Assembly (NCBI RefSeq): GCF_009834535.1
Contig: NC_045696.1
Location: forward strand, 9,550,001 to 9,614,000
Direction: 5' to 3'
DNA length: 64,000 nucleotides
Source: Camelus ferus
Lineage: Eukaryota
Below the pieces are notes generated by a model. The model searched no databases. It saw nothing but the letters and a program-made list of their open reading frames with translations, and was not told the DNA's origin. The first letter of the stretch is position 1; the number at the start of each line of letters is the position of its first letter. Position numbers and translations under genes: made by a program. Shown here in pieces: positions 39,666 through 52,223 of the stretch.

Positions 39666-39989
39666 CACGTGCTAAAGGAGGTTTTCTTCTGCCAGCTGAA
39701 ACGCCGCATCTCCCGCCGGCAGTCACCCTGGTGGGATGGCTCTCGCTGCATGCTCCTTTAGTGTGGTCGTTTTTACTACTTGTCTCATGTACGTTTTAGA
39801 ATGTAAGTTCCTTGAGAGGAAGGAATAGTACTCAGACCTCTTTGGCGACTTCAGGGCGCTGGCACTGTGCAGGCCTACGTGCAGGTGGCCTGGTTTGGGG
39901 ACGTGAGTGTGTTTTGCTCTATGTCACATTTCTCTCACGCCTGCCCAGAGTTCTGTAGTGACCAGCACTAGCAGCCATGCCTGCTTACC

Positions 39990-40300
39990 TCACTGAATCC
40001 TCACAGTGGTCCCCGATGTAGGAACTACCACTGTCTCCAGTTCTCAGATGGGTAAACTGAGTCACGGAGAGATTCCTAACTTGCTCCGGTGCAGAGGATC
40101 TGAGGTTCAAATCCAGAGTTCACGGTGAGAGCCATTGTGCACACAGCCTTTCCGCGACTGAGCAGCTTGGTTCAGCCTCATAACAACCCCCTCAGGTACC
40201 TTCTGTCACTTTCCTATTTTACAGAGGAGGAAACTGGGATGTTGAGAAGTCACTCAGGCCAGTCAGATGCTAAAGCCTGTGTGCCCAGCCACCACGCTTG
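39990..40300. mobile_element. MIR fragments
   Basis: The core motifs cagatgggtaaactgagtcacggagag and ttttacagaggaggaaactg are present. Similar MIR relics lie near 1225-1280, 2865-2920, 53140-53290, 54060-54180, 56460-56620 and 56850-56970. Confidence 0.6.
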
Positions 40301-43300
40301 GCTTGGTTATTGAAGCCCAGATTTTTCCTTTTCACTCCTACAATTCACACGGCATAAGGCTCGCCTCTGACATCAGACTGACCTCAGCCAGCAAAGCAGC
40401 TGCCCCCAACCAAAGACCACAATAATATGTATTACAGCACAAGGTCAGGCTAGAGGCCAGTACCTTTTAAAGACACGTCATTTTGCAGTGAGAAAAAAAA
40501 AAAATGGGAGGCTTTTAGGCTATTAGATGAACTAGAGAGACCAATAGGAGCTATTTTTGTTTGAAACCAAAATGATCTAATAAAACAAGATTAGGGTTCT
40601 ATTCCTTCGAGGCCTCGTTCAATCATCAGGAAAGCAAGTAGGAGAAAGCGAACGGTGGTGTAACCAGAAATCAAGAGCCATCGTTAATGTGCAATTTAGT
40701 TACATAATATTGTTCTCATAATTAAGAAATGCTGCTTTATACCAAGCTTGGAAACTTCCAGCAGAAAATGGAAAATGCACTGGGCTTTGGGAATTGGAGG
40801 GGCCTAGTTGGAATCTCAAGTTTCCAGCTGGTTAACGAGGAGACTTCGGACACATGACTTTACTTCCCTGAGGCTCAGTGAGCTCAGCAAACCAGAGCTG
40901 AGGGCTTTGCACACTTACCACGTGCCACACCACTGCATCGTGTCCAGCCTGTCCATGGAGACCTACTGTCACTGACCTCACTTCCTTTTCACTCTTGGAA
41001 GAAAATTCTTGCTGCTTTTTTATCACTGGTTATAATAAGAGGAGACACACTCAAGATACTTTGATCAAAGGAAACTTTGTTCTCTGGCATTTCTTTTAAG
41101 ACCAGCTATGATCAGTTAGGCAATTACGGGTAATAAGAGGTTTCTCCTGGTGGAGGTGGGCAGGGAGGATGCTGAGTGCAGCCTGCAACCTTTCTGGGGG
41201 CAGTGTCGTATGGAATAAAGTGAGCGACAAGGCACAGCAGCCCTGCGTGTGTGGACACGTCCTCTGGAGAGACTCTGATGTCAGGTGGTGCTGACTCTTC
41301 TGAGAGGTTGGCTGAGGGACTATTCCATCCTCTCTGGTCCTTGCCAGCACCAACAACCACAGCCCCACTCCCTTCCCATGGGCCAGGGTGCCCCCAGGGG
41401 AGGTGGGTGTTAGAAAAGGTGCTGCCCTGGACTGAGCCCAGAGGTAAACAGACAAATAGAGCTGGATGCTCACTGGCTCTGGCCTTGACCGCTCAAGGAA
41501 GGTCCAGGATCAGTTGGGTTGATGGAGCCGCACCTGGCCAATCAGGAAGTTAAACATAATAGAAGGTGCTCCACCCCTTACAAGAACTAGAAGTGCCCAG
41601 GTGGCAGTGCAGGGCTAACATGATGCATCCATGATCATACAGAACTCAAGGTCTCATCTTTTTATTCCACAGTCCTACACGTGGTTCTGTCCTCAGTCAC
41701 CTCACTGTCCACAACGTCTGCTGAACAAGCCTTTGCATTAGCATTCCAGGCAGCCAAGGAGACAGGGAGGAAGAAGGGCCCGCCCCTTTCAAGGGGCCTT
41801 CCAGGAAGTCTCACATAACACTTCCACTTAAATCTCACCGGTCAGACTTAGTCACAAGGGAAGCTGGGAAATGTAGTCTTTTATTTTGGATGGCAATGTG
41901 GCCAGCTGAAAGTCCCTGCTCCCTTCCCTTTGGTGTTACTCATCCACTCACCAAGCATTCGAGCACCTTCTATGTGCCTGTAATGTGCACTCAGGACAGG
42001 GGCCCAAAGAAAGCAAGCTCAGGTCCTCGAGGCAGTCAAGCGGGTGGTGAGCACCTGTCAGTGGTCCGTGAGATGCTGGAGGTGTGGGGAGTGAGGGCTC
42101 AGAGTCCAAGGCCTGGTGCTGGGGAGTCGTGGGCAGAGCAGCAGGAAGAGGGGAAACAGGAACAGAGGCCAGAGGAAGGGGGAATCCATCACCGGGAGAA
42201 GCAGGGAGGGGATGGCCAGCCAGGCAGAAGCCTGAGGTAGTATGGAGTCTACCCGCATCCCCGGGCGTGGAGTGTGCGAGCGTGTGTGTATAGCGTGGGG
42301 AGCAGTGTGAGCAGAATGAAAGGAAGGTGTGGAAGGGACAGGATGGAAAAAGAAAAATTGTTGTATGAGAAGGAGTTTGGGCTCTTCTAGAAGAAAAGAC
42401 CCTGAGGGGTGCCGGGCAGGGTGATGCCTTCTCAGGTTAAGGTGGGGAAACACGTTTCCTGCTGAGCCGTCCACTCAGTTCCCACTGGTTAAAAACCTGA
42501 GTGTGATTTCCAGGCCCAACGGCAGGCAGTTACAAAGGCCTCACCCCACAGGGCTCAAGGAGGCAAAGCTGTCCTCCCCAACAAGACTTGGTGACAGCCA
42601 GGGCCCTGCTTTCTGCCCTAAAGGGCCGGGAAGGAGAGGGGACAGCAGAATCCAGCCCCTCGAGCCCCACCCACCACACCCAGCACCCCTCCTCTACCTC
42701 AAGCCACAGGGGAAACGGAGGCCACTGCCCAGCTCCCCTCAATATCCCCTCGCCCTGCACTGACCGGGGCCTCCAGTGCCCGGCCCCCAGATGCCACCCA
42801 CCCGCAGCCCTGCAGGTTCAGTCCTCCCTTCCTCTCCCATTTCCTTCAGCCTGTGATCAGGATCAAGCTCACTCCATCCGGAAAAACCTATCAATCTCAC
42901 CTTCCTCCAAGGCTGCCAATGTCTCTGTCCCCTCCTTTGAGGTACGCAGCGCGCTGCAGCGTTGGGAAACACAAGTTCTTTTACAATTTTCAAATAATCA
43001 GTTCATCATGTTTTCAGGTGAAGTCCCTCCAAATTTAATTCAATGGGGCTAATGGTGTCTCTTCAAATAGTATGATCAACACATTAGTGTCCAAAACATC
43101 TGGAAGCATGAGAAAACTAAGCCAATTATTTGAAAAACTAACCAGTTATTTATAACCAACATATTGCTTAGCCATAAGTTTGTCTCCTGAATTTGCAGAC
43201 CACACACACGAAGTAAGAATGCAAAGGGCACTGTTTCTATTTCCTCTCGTCCTCCTGGCTCCCCACAGCCTGGCCTCTGTCCTCATTGCGTCGTCTTGAG

Positions 43301-44585
43301 GAAGGGGCGACCCATGACTCTGAAGAACGAGAGCACCTGCCCGCCCTGCCTGTCCTTGCACAGGAGTGAAAAGTACCAACCCAGAGCTGAGGTCCACATC
43401 CTGTCTCCGCCTCTGGCCAGCTGTGGGGCGTTAGATAGAGAGACCAACCTCTCTGTGCCTCGGCCCCCTCATTTGTGAGAAGGGTATGATGACAGCTGCT
43501 GGGGGTAACAGGTGGAAGAGCAAGTGCTGAACGAGGACCAGCGGCTGCCTTCTGGCTCCTGCTCGGCATTCTACCGCTCAGACGCTCTTCCCAGCCTGGC
43601 TCCTGGCTCATCTCCCTCTGCCCAGCACTTAAAGCTCAAAAGGAGACTCAAGACCCACCCCATCACAATCCCCTGGGGGGTTCAAACGGGAACACAAACT
43701 CCTGGTCACTCCCGAATGGGTTCTGATGCGGTGCGGCTGGAGTCCAGCCCAAGAATCTGCATTTTAAACAACCTCTTGCACATGCTCCCATTTGAGAACC
43801 TGGCCTCAATCCACTTTTCTCCCCAGGCTGTCCATCACGCCTTGTCTCCCTCTGACACAGACGAGACCTGCACTAAAGAATTGATCCCAGCGGGTGCCGG
43901 TATCAAGTCCACGTCGGGTGAGATGCAGCTCTGCGCATGCGCCTCAGGAAGGCGTCATCCAGGCCACTGTGCTTCCTAGAGATGAGAATTTGGAGACAGG
44001 ATGGCGAAAGGTGACCTTTTTTCAAGCACCTCAGATTTTTCGTTTGAAATATTCAGTTCCTGAAATATATTATGCACGACTATGCCTCCCTAAGCAAAGT
44101 ATATGAAGACAGTTTCACCTTATCCTAATGACTAAAATCATTATTATGAACAGGTCACAATGGGTGGCAGTCTGACCGTTGGCTTGGCGATCCTACCTAC
44201 CAGTTCTTAGGCCTGGTCTCCTGCTTAGAGATCATCTCTCTTGCTCTGAGGTATTTCTGCTGCCAACAGCCTTTCTTCATTTCTGCTTCTAATGTGTTGT
44301 AAGCTTAAAGACCAAAAACGTGTTAGGCACACATCTAGTAAGATTAAATATGGTCTGTGTCAGGGAGTCTGGGGCTCTCCTGTGGGCGGAGGACGTAAAT
44401 TCCAGTTTATGCTCTTTGAAACATCTTTCCCCTACCCAGGGACAGATTCGTTCTCAGTTACGGTCGAGTGGGGCTGGATGGCTGCAGTCAGATGAGGCCC
44501 TGGCTGTGGGCTTTAACAGTCACTCTACCCACCAGCATCCACCCACACATTCATGCACCAACCAGTTATTTAAAGTCAAGCTACA

Positions 44586-44650
44586 CATTATGCTGTACAC
44601 CAGAAATGGACACATTGTAACTGACTATATACATCAATAATAAATAAATG
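44586..44650 (+). mobile_element. Extremely 5'-truncated L1 (terminal ~65 bp) with target-site duplication
   Basis: tatgctgtacaccagaaatggacacattgtaactgactata...A-rich tail, flanked by AAGTCAAGCTACA (44573-44585) and AAGTCAAACTACA (44651-44663), at a TT/AAAG endonuclease-type site. Confidence 0.75.
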
Positions 44651-44721
44651 AAGTCAAACTACAAATCTACTGACTTCATGTTTATGGATTGGAATAGCAT
44701 CCGAAACTCCAACGAGCGACC

Positions 44722-44739
44722 ATCTCCCCCTAGTGGTCT
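44722..44739 (-). promoter_or_regulatory. CTCF-like motif
   Basis: The reverse complement AGACCACTAGGGGGAGAT is a near-consensus CTCF core. Confidence 0.45.
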
Positions 44740-47473
44740 AAGAGAGTATCAGAAAGGTTAACTTAAACCCCAAAACAGTTTACAGAAAACCCGTGGGCGT
44801 GATCAATGGTTTTGTCCAATCCTTAGGTCATCCTCTACCAAATTTCCCAAGATCCCAAAGCCTAGAAAAACATCTGTGTTTAAGATAAACATGAACATCT
44901 ACTACGTAGGCATAGATTCTCCATGGAAAGCCAAGAACACCTCTCCAATTCCCTGCCTTTGGATTAATGAGGCTCATGGGTGGAAGGACATGTGGGAGGA
45001 CAGTGTACCCAGAGGTAGGGTGTGCAATGCCAGATGTGCTGGGAGCTGGTGATGCCCTGGTCCTGCAGAGAGGTGAGGAACCAGAAGCTGACACCCCAGA
45101 GCAGGAGCCTAGAGCAGGGTGGGTGGGTCACCCGCCAGGCTACGGAGGGTGCCTGACAAAGGCAAGAGGGTAGGCCATAGCCCAGGGTCAGTCCTGGGCC
45201 CTACCTGAGCAGGTCAGGGAAGTGTGGGGCCAGGCTGCAGAAATCCCAGGGCACTGCACCTCTGTTCGGGTCATCTGTTCATGCTGTGTGGGACCCAGCC
45301 ACAGCGAGGCTCCCGGCAAAGGCCAGAGAAGCGTCATGCAGGGAGGGTGAGGTGTGAGCAGAAGGCAAGGGCCCCTTCTCACTATTTCAGGATTTGTAGC
45401 TTGTAGGGCAGAGAGTCTCTTAAAACTCTGATCCTATATAACTTGTGTTTTCTAATTTGTGATTAAGCACACCCAGCAATCACAGTAGAACTGAAGAAGG
45501 ATATAATTCCCTTTATTCCTCATGTTTAAAATTCCAAGTTCCACCAATTGGGGGCGGGGGGCATTTACTAATATGCAAATTTTCCACCTGGCCGCCACTG
45601 GCAATGAGACCAAACATTCCACCGTGTTTATGGCTTTGGTTATTGCTTCCTTATTCCCCATCCTCTCTGGTATCTTGAGAGAAGTATAAAAACATGAACC
45701 TCTTAATAGAGACCTCAATCTGTTATGTGCCAAGTCAAAATACCTATCAACCCCACTTCTCCCAACTCTGAAAGTCTCGGCATGTCCCATACTTCCTCTC
45801 TTAGCAGCAAACTGGTGGGCAGAGAACAAAGCACAGCGGGCTGCTCTTCCTTCTTCACAACAAGACTCAACAGAGTGAGTTTCTCCTAGACTTGGTGCCC
45901 ATCATGGCAGACAGGTCTCCCCAGTACTCCTCCCTGCAAGGACCCCCACACGTCTGCGGAGGCCCGATGCTCCTGGATGAGCGAACAACCTCCCTCTGCT
46001 GCGATGGTAAAAACACGTGAGGAAGGGCTTGGAAGAGGGAAAGAGGAGGAAGGCGGGGTACACACCAGGGCAGCAGATCAGAGGGATGGAGGGGTGGGTG
46101 AGCGTGAGCTGGCCGATGCCACTGCTACGGCCCAGTCCTCTGTGGAGGGGCACCTATGATCTGGCACCCACAGCTCAGAAATGCTGGAAACGTAAATGCT
46201 GGGGTTTGTGTGTGTAAGAGAGAAACACACACACACTTTGGCTTATTCCAAACACCAGAGACACCCTTTTAACAAAGTATGTTTTTTTTCAGTAAACAAA
46301 ATACTGGTTCTTTTAAAAGCGTATAAAAATTCACATCACTTTAAGTTAGGCTATAGCTTGGGAATTTATCTTCTGACACGTCATTCAATAATTAAGTCTT
46401 TCTTCTCAGCTGGAGTCCACTCAAGTTGACATTTAAATTACAAAACCTAGAAAGGAAAACCAAAAGGGTAAGTATGAAATGTCTGAGAGAACAACAGTGA
46501 ATGTTTTACTTGCTCAGCGCTAACCTTTCTGCTCAGCCATTTACACTTAACAAATAGAAACCACTGAAGATTATCTATTCATGAATGTATTTTTAGCATC
46601 ACAATTTCCTTTCATCTAAAAATTCCTTTTGTTTAAAACAAGGCTCCAGGCCAAGCTTTAAAAAGCGGCCAGCAAGGAGGGGAGACAGACTCCCCCGTCA
46701 GTTCTGGGCTCAGCCGGGGAAGCCATCCATCCCTGCTCACCGACAGCCTGTGCTGATGTCTGTGGGAGGGAGAAGTGTTTATGACCTCACACCTAATTTT
46801 TCCTCCTCTTTGTGGTTTAACCCACAAAATGATGACTCAGTATGGAAAAGAAATCCAACCAACATTGCAATAGAAACTGCCTTTCCTCGCCCTTTGTGAT
46901 TTCGAAGTGCGTCCTCTTGCCCCACTATAGTGCTACTCCTGAGTTTCAGTCAGTAAAACATCTTTCTAGGAAAACAATTTATAAAGGCAAGGTTTCCTAA
47001 CAATAGTTTATTTTGCCTGGCAAAGCAGACAGCTCACTGATGACCCATGAGCAGTGAGCAATGAGAGAGGACGGTCCCCTCCACTGGGATGAGAACAGAG
47101 GCGGAGGGAGCGCTGCCTGCAGCTCGCTCCCATGCATTCAGGACGCAGCGCAGCCAGGGCTGGGGCCTTGTGGCTGAGGCCCCGTGGCTGGATGTTCAGC
47201 CTGGGTTCAATTCTGGTTCTGCTCTTCCCTACATACGGTATGGGCCATTTTTTAAATCTGAATGGACCACACAGAACTGTTAGGAGTTGTCAATAACAGC
47301 GCTGTATATGAAATGCGTAGCTAAATGCTGGCACAGAATAATCTCTCAATACATATTGCAATTGTTACTAATAAGTGTGCTTTTTAGCCTTGACAAGTCT
47401 ACTGGTGCTGTAAGGGAGTCACCTTTACAGAAGCCTGCCTCCAGGAGGAGAGGGGTTTGGGGGGGTCACCGAT

Positions 47474-47662
47474 CCAGTGGTCCCTACCGTGGCCTGTTGC
47501 TGAGAAGACTACGGAAGAATCACCTAAAAGGTCTTCAAAAGAACAGATGCCCGGACCCAACCACAGACATGATGGAAGCTCTCTGGAGCCTGGGAATGTG
47601 CATTTTTAATAGGCACCCCAGGCAAATTCTGACCATCAGCCAAATTTGGGAACCACTGATCT
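47474..47662. mobile_element. MER5A-like hAT-Charlie MITE
   Basis: cagtggtcc...gaatcacct...cagatgcccggacc...ggagcctgggaatgtgcatttttaataggcacccca...tttgggaaccactg, with terminal inverted repeats. Similar relics lie near 34830-34990, 43660-43800 and 50670-50805. Confidence 0.7.
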
Positions 47663-48569
47663 AGAATTCTCTGCTACCATATTTGAACCCTTTAATTTTT
47701 AAAGAAAAGCGTAGAACTTTGCTGCTAAATGATGCAACTGGATGAGTACACCAGAATTAAGAAAACTGCTAACTGCTGTACGTTCGATCTGTAAGTGGGG
47801 GGTTTAATAACTTCCTGGTGCCTTAACTCAACAGACACGTTCCAGGCACCCCCCCCTGTGCTGTGACAGGCACCCGATAAAACAAGGAAGACTTTGTGCC
47901 TGACGAGGTGATCATCGGGACGGGTCTCTAGGCCAGGGGACTAACTGGCAAAGGCCAAGGGGCATGAAAGTCTACCATGGTCACAGAAAGGCCCGCAGGA
48001 GCGGAGGGAGGGGCAGACGTGACCTGGGTGAAGGGCACATTGGGAAGGGATTTACACGCCGCCCCTAGGAGTCGGACTTTATCCTGCGGTTAGCGGGGTT
48101 TCTTAATCTTGGGCACAGGCAGGGGTCTTAAATGACCTGGACCCCACTTCCTCCCTATCCCTGTCTGCAATTTTATGTACAATTTAGGTGTTTCTAGTAT
48201 GTGCGCTTCTTTGGGTAAAAGGTCTACAACTTCCAGAAAATTCTCAAGAGTCCTGTGACCCAACTCCTGTTAAGCATCACTGCCGGGGACGAGACAGAAC
48301 CACCGCGGGCCGAGAGCAGAGGCGGAGACAAGTGACACGTACTCTGTGGCTCATGGCAGCCAGGGCGTGCGGCCAGGATCTGCACACCTCACCCACACAG
48401 CTGCTGTGGCTGCGCTACCTCGACGACAGGTGGGGCCACGCGCCCTCACACGGCCTTCAGACCCGAGGGAGCCGGGATTCCCGGAACCATCACATCCGCT
48501 GGCGTGCCCGCCCTCACCCACCACGGGGTGCGCGCTTGTAAAGCCCCGATACCTGTGATTCCAGAAGCT

Positions 48570-48734
48570 TTAGTCATCTTTCTTCTCTGACTGCTTCTTC
48601 TTTTCAGCCTCCAGTTTTTGCTGCTTTGCTTCCAATCTCTTCCTTTGGTATATTTTGACTCCGGCAAATGCCAGGCAGAGAATTAATGTTTTGGCTGCCA
48701 AGATATACAGCAGCACAGGTATGTGCTCAAGAAC
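48570..48734 (-). CDS. SMIM11: SMIM11 main coding exon (VLEHIPVLLYILAAKTLILCLAFAGVKIYQRKRLEAKQQKLEAEKKKQSEKKDD*)
   Basis: Minus-strand acceptor tccttctttcAG (plus-strand ctg at 48735-48737), then 54 codons and TAA. One TM helix plus a charged tail, as in SMIM11/FAM165B. A donor (cag|GTATCG) follows 17 nt after the stop (GT at 48551-48552). Confidence 0.95.
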   Translation of the reverse strand, partial: VLEHIPVLLYILAAKTLILCLAFAGVKIYQRKRLEAKQQKLEAEKKKQSEKKDD

Positions 48735-51719
48735 CTGAAAGAAGGAGACCATTCTAAGTGCTCCAGAACTGGTAAGGAACGCTCTTCTACGTGCCTTCAT
48801 TTGACAAACATTCACAGACAGGACCACCAGAGGACGACGGACAGAATAACTCTGCTCTCTCATAACCTGACCGGGCACTTTGCCGATCACCCAGGCCTTC
48901 TGCGTCTGAGGCAATGACACGGTCCAGAGCAAGGAGCCAGAGCCAGGGGCCTGGTTACAGCCCCCCCTCCGCCACTGACAGGCCATGCGACCTGGGTCAG
49001 TCCCCTGACTTTCCTGAGCTTCTGTCTCTTCATCCACAAAGGGAGGCCGGTCCAAACCTTCCTTCTGAATTCTCCACTTAGATCGGTGGCTATGATTTTT
49101 CTCTTGGTTCCAGCTACTCATTAGCACTGGTATTTGAAGGTAAAATAAATACAAAAATAAAATACAATACAAGTTAAAACATTAAACTTAGCTACTCATT
49201 CACTGGTCCTATAGTTAATTTCCTGTTGGAAGTTTTAACCCATTGGCTAACATGACGTCTGGGGAATAACCAGGGGTTAGAATTACTCACTCTCTGCACT
49301 AGCAGGCATTATTATGAAGTCCTGTATGTCACAATCAAATCTAAAGGCAAATGCTAAACGCGGGGTCCCCTCCACCTGGGACGAGAGACAGAGTGATGCG
49401 TGCAACTTGCTCCCGTGCATCCAGGATGCAAGGCAGCTGGGGCTGAGGCCTTGTGGTTGAGCACAAGCAGCTTAGAACACTGATTTGGTGTCCAAGTCGT
49501 TCCTCCCTCAGACCTACAGCAAATCTCCCCAACCTCCCCCAAATAATCCTCTAATTCATCTACTTTCTTGGAAGTTCACATTTTAGAGATGAGGCTTGGC
49601 TCTATGTTTATAAGCCAGATAAGAAAGGAAAGAACGTTAAATTTTACCTCCTTGGAAGCAAAAATCACCAGTTTGGAGATACAAACTTCCTTTCACGCTC
49701 ACTGGGACTTCCCAGGCTGAAGCGCTGACTTACCCTGGCAGAGGTTAAGCTTTCAATTATCTCAGTCTCTATGGATGAGCCTCTGGAGTCCTATCATAAC
49801 AGGGCCCCATCACAGCCCACAGTTCCCATGACCTAAAACCCAAAACTTAGCTGTAGAAGGTACAGGAATGTACCTCGCAGCCAGAAGTTAGAAAACCCAC
49901 TGAAATCGAAACCCATCAACAATTGGACCCAAGTAAGTTTAGGTTTGGGTATTTACTTTCATTTTAAAGGTAGTAGAGAGGAGGCAGCAAGACGCAGAAG
50001 TTTCCGGACTGGGAGAGGGGTGGAGCAGTGGCAGTGGAGGTCAAGGACACCACAAGGGCTAAAGCCGAAGGTTTCAGGGCCCCTGTTCCTGCATCTCTCT
50101 TGGACAGATTTGCTAATTCCTCAGTTGTGTTAAATTTCTTCCTTTGATTTCTTTCTAACAAGCCCTTCATGTTAAGTCCCCAAACATGCAAATCTTCAAG
50201 GAGGTAAATGAATGAAATAATGTTGGGGTGGACTAGATCTATACCAATTAAAAATACAATACCTGTGTAATGAGAATGACTGACTTTTAAAATAGTCTTG
50301 CTCCTGCACAGGCAGTGTTGCCTGTCGCTGATGGCCACCAGCCGACAGAGCCAGAAAGGCAAGCCCAGGATGCACTGGGGGTTCCGTAGTCCTTCCTCCT
50401 CCTGGGACTCACCGAGTCAGGGCGTGGGGAGGGGCCATTCCTTTCTCATACTACATGGAAGGACCCCACCCTTCCCCCACCTTCCTAAACACGAGGTTGC
50501 TCCCTGGTAGCCCTGAAGCTGTGTCTGCCCAAAGTTGGAACGGTTCGGGCAGATTTTGTTTCTGACACAGGAAAGGACTCTTTTGTGACAAGCAGAGTTG
50601 GCCCGGGTGGTCAAGGGGGGTTGATATCACTCTGTAATTAAAATGAAACCTTGCTCTGTGCAGTGCCTTGCCGGTATACACCAGCATCGCCTGGGAACTC
50701 ATTAACCCCGGGCCTCTGCAATCAGAAACTCTGGGGGTGGGGCTGCAATCCTTATTTTACCTGGTCCTCAAGGGGGCTTTGATGCACCCTGCAGTGAGAG
50801 AACGCCAGCCTCGGAGCCCCAAGTGCCACACTCTGATCTCTGTTGCTGAGGCCTCCAGAACCAGGTACCGCCTGTCATCCCTACTGACTTCAAGCTCTGC
50901 AGAGGCTAAAAATCCTCCCCTAAATCTGCCCCTACACTGCTCTCTGCTCCCCCCACCTCACTTACATCCTCTCACAGCCTCATCTTTCCCTCCCAACCTT
51001 TCTACGGGCAGCTCTGGAGCCCAAGTACATGCATAACAGACCCTCCCACATTGCCACTCCTTCACAGAATCCTCACTCTTCCTCCTGGACCTCAGCCAGG
51101 CTCTTCCTGGACAACAGTCCCCAGAGCCCTCTTGCAGGGCCCCCGGGCCCCACAGAGCTGGAGCTGGAGGGGGTCTGTTCTCTCCCGGCTCCCAGTTCCT
51201 GATTCCAGACCTTTCCAGTTCTCCTTGCAATGGAAAGCCAGGGGCTGTTCTGAACAAGGAAATGCTTAGAATAACTGAAGAAATACATACAATGAGATCC
51301 TAAGTTTGAAAGCACGCACATTACACTCATATATATATGGAAAAAATACTAGAAGAAAATATACCAAATTGTTAGTAGTAGCCATCTCTGGATAGTGAGA
51401 TGATACATGATTTGGATTTGATTTTACACTTTTCAAAGCATCTGATTGCTCTCTTAGCTAACTTCCACCCCACCCCACTCCACCCACTTTGGGGAGGTAA
51501 TGTGACACCCCCCTTCCCCCAGGAAGAGCTGCTGTTGCCCGCAGCCCTCTGGGTGCTCGCGGCTAACAGGAAACTCTCTGGTTGCCCCTGAACTCCGCTC
51601 CCACCAACTGCATCTGTGTTTCACAGGGGTCAATTGTTGTTCACGCCGCAGCCAGTTTATTTAAGTAGTATGTGATAGTAGAATAGATAACAGATAATTT
51701 ATTTAAACACAACATTAAT

Positions 51720-52040
51720 GAAATGTGACTATGTAAAGGAAAAGCTGTTTCCATGAAAACTAAGTTGAACGCTTTGAAGGACTCAATTTGAACTGGAAAA
51801 AAAATACTATTGGTAACACAAATGTAAAAGATTAGGGAAGAAGAGCATAAAAATCTGGAAAGATTTTGTATGTAAACTGCTTCATAAGATCTTCATCCAC
51901 TTTAAGGAAACCGAAGTGTGAAACTGCAGGTGAAACTTTAAAGGCATCGTTTTTGCAAGAAAAACGAGGCGGATCTGAAGTCAGTGTACGTCCTCTCAGA
52001 GATAAGGTCTAGCCTTCCTCCAAAAATCTGGTCAATAAAT
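51720..52040 (+). mobile_element. Tigger/pogo-type DNA transposon fossil (transposase N-terminal HTH remnant)
   Basis: The + strand translates to KGKAVSMKTKLNALK (from 51735) and STLRKPKCETAGETLKASFLQEKRGGSEVSVRPLRDKV*, which resemble the HTH_psq and CENP-B-type HTH of Tigger transposases. It is interrupted by stops and frameshifts. Confidence 0.6.
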
Positions 52041-52211
52041 GTACCCTTATATATTTGACTTAAAATAAAATATTAAATATTATTATGATTCCCACTTTAC
52101 TTTCTCCTTTTTTCTTTTTAATCAACCCATCTCTACAGAACTGGTATTCTGAAGTTTTATAATCAGGAGAAAGAAAAAATTCAAGGCATAAATCTTTAAA
52201 GTTATCCTCAC

Positions 52212-52223
52212 CTTCCAGTTCAT
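52212..52223 (-). CDS. SMIM11: SMIM11 first coding segment ATG AAC TGG AAG (MNWK) followed by donor GTGAGG
   Basis: The reverse complement reads ccaacATGAACTGGAAG|gtgagg. The phase-0 join to 48734 gives MNWKVLEH..., 58 aa in total, as in known SMIM11. Confidence 0.92.

Noticed and set aside
48735..49172. N-terminal extension of the 200-aa minus ORF containing SMIM11
   Set aside because: Intronic read-through. A canonical acceptor at 48735-48737 and the MNWK exon at 52212-52223 explain the real protein.
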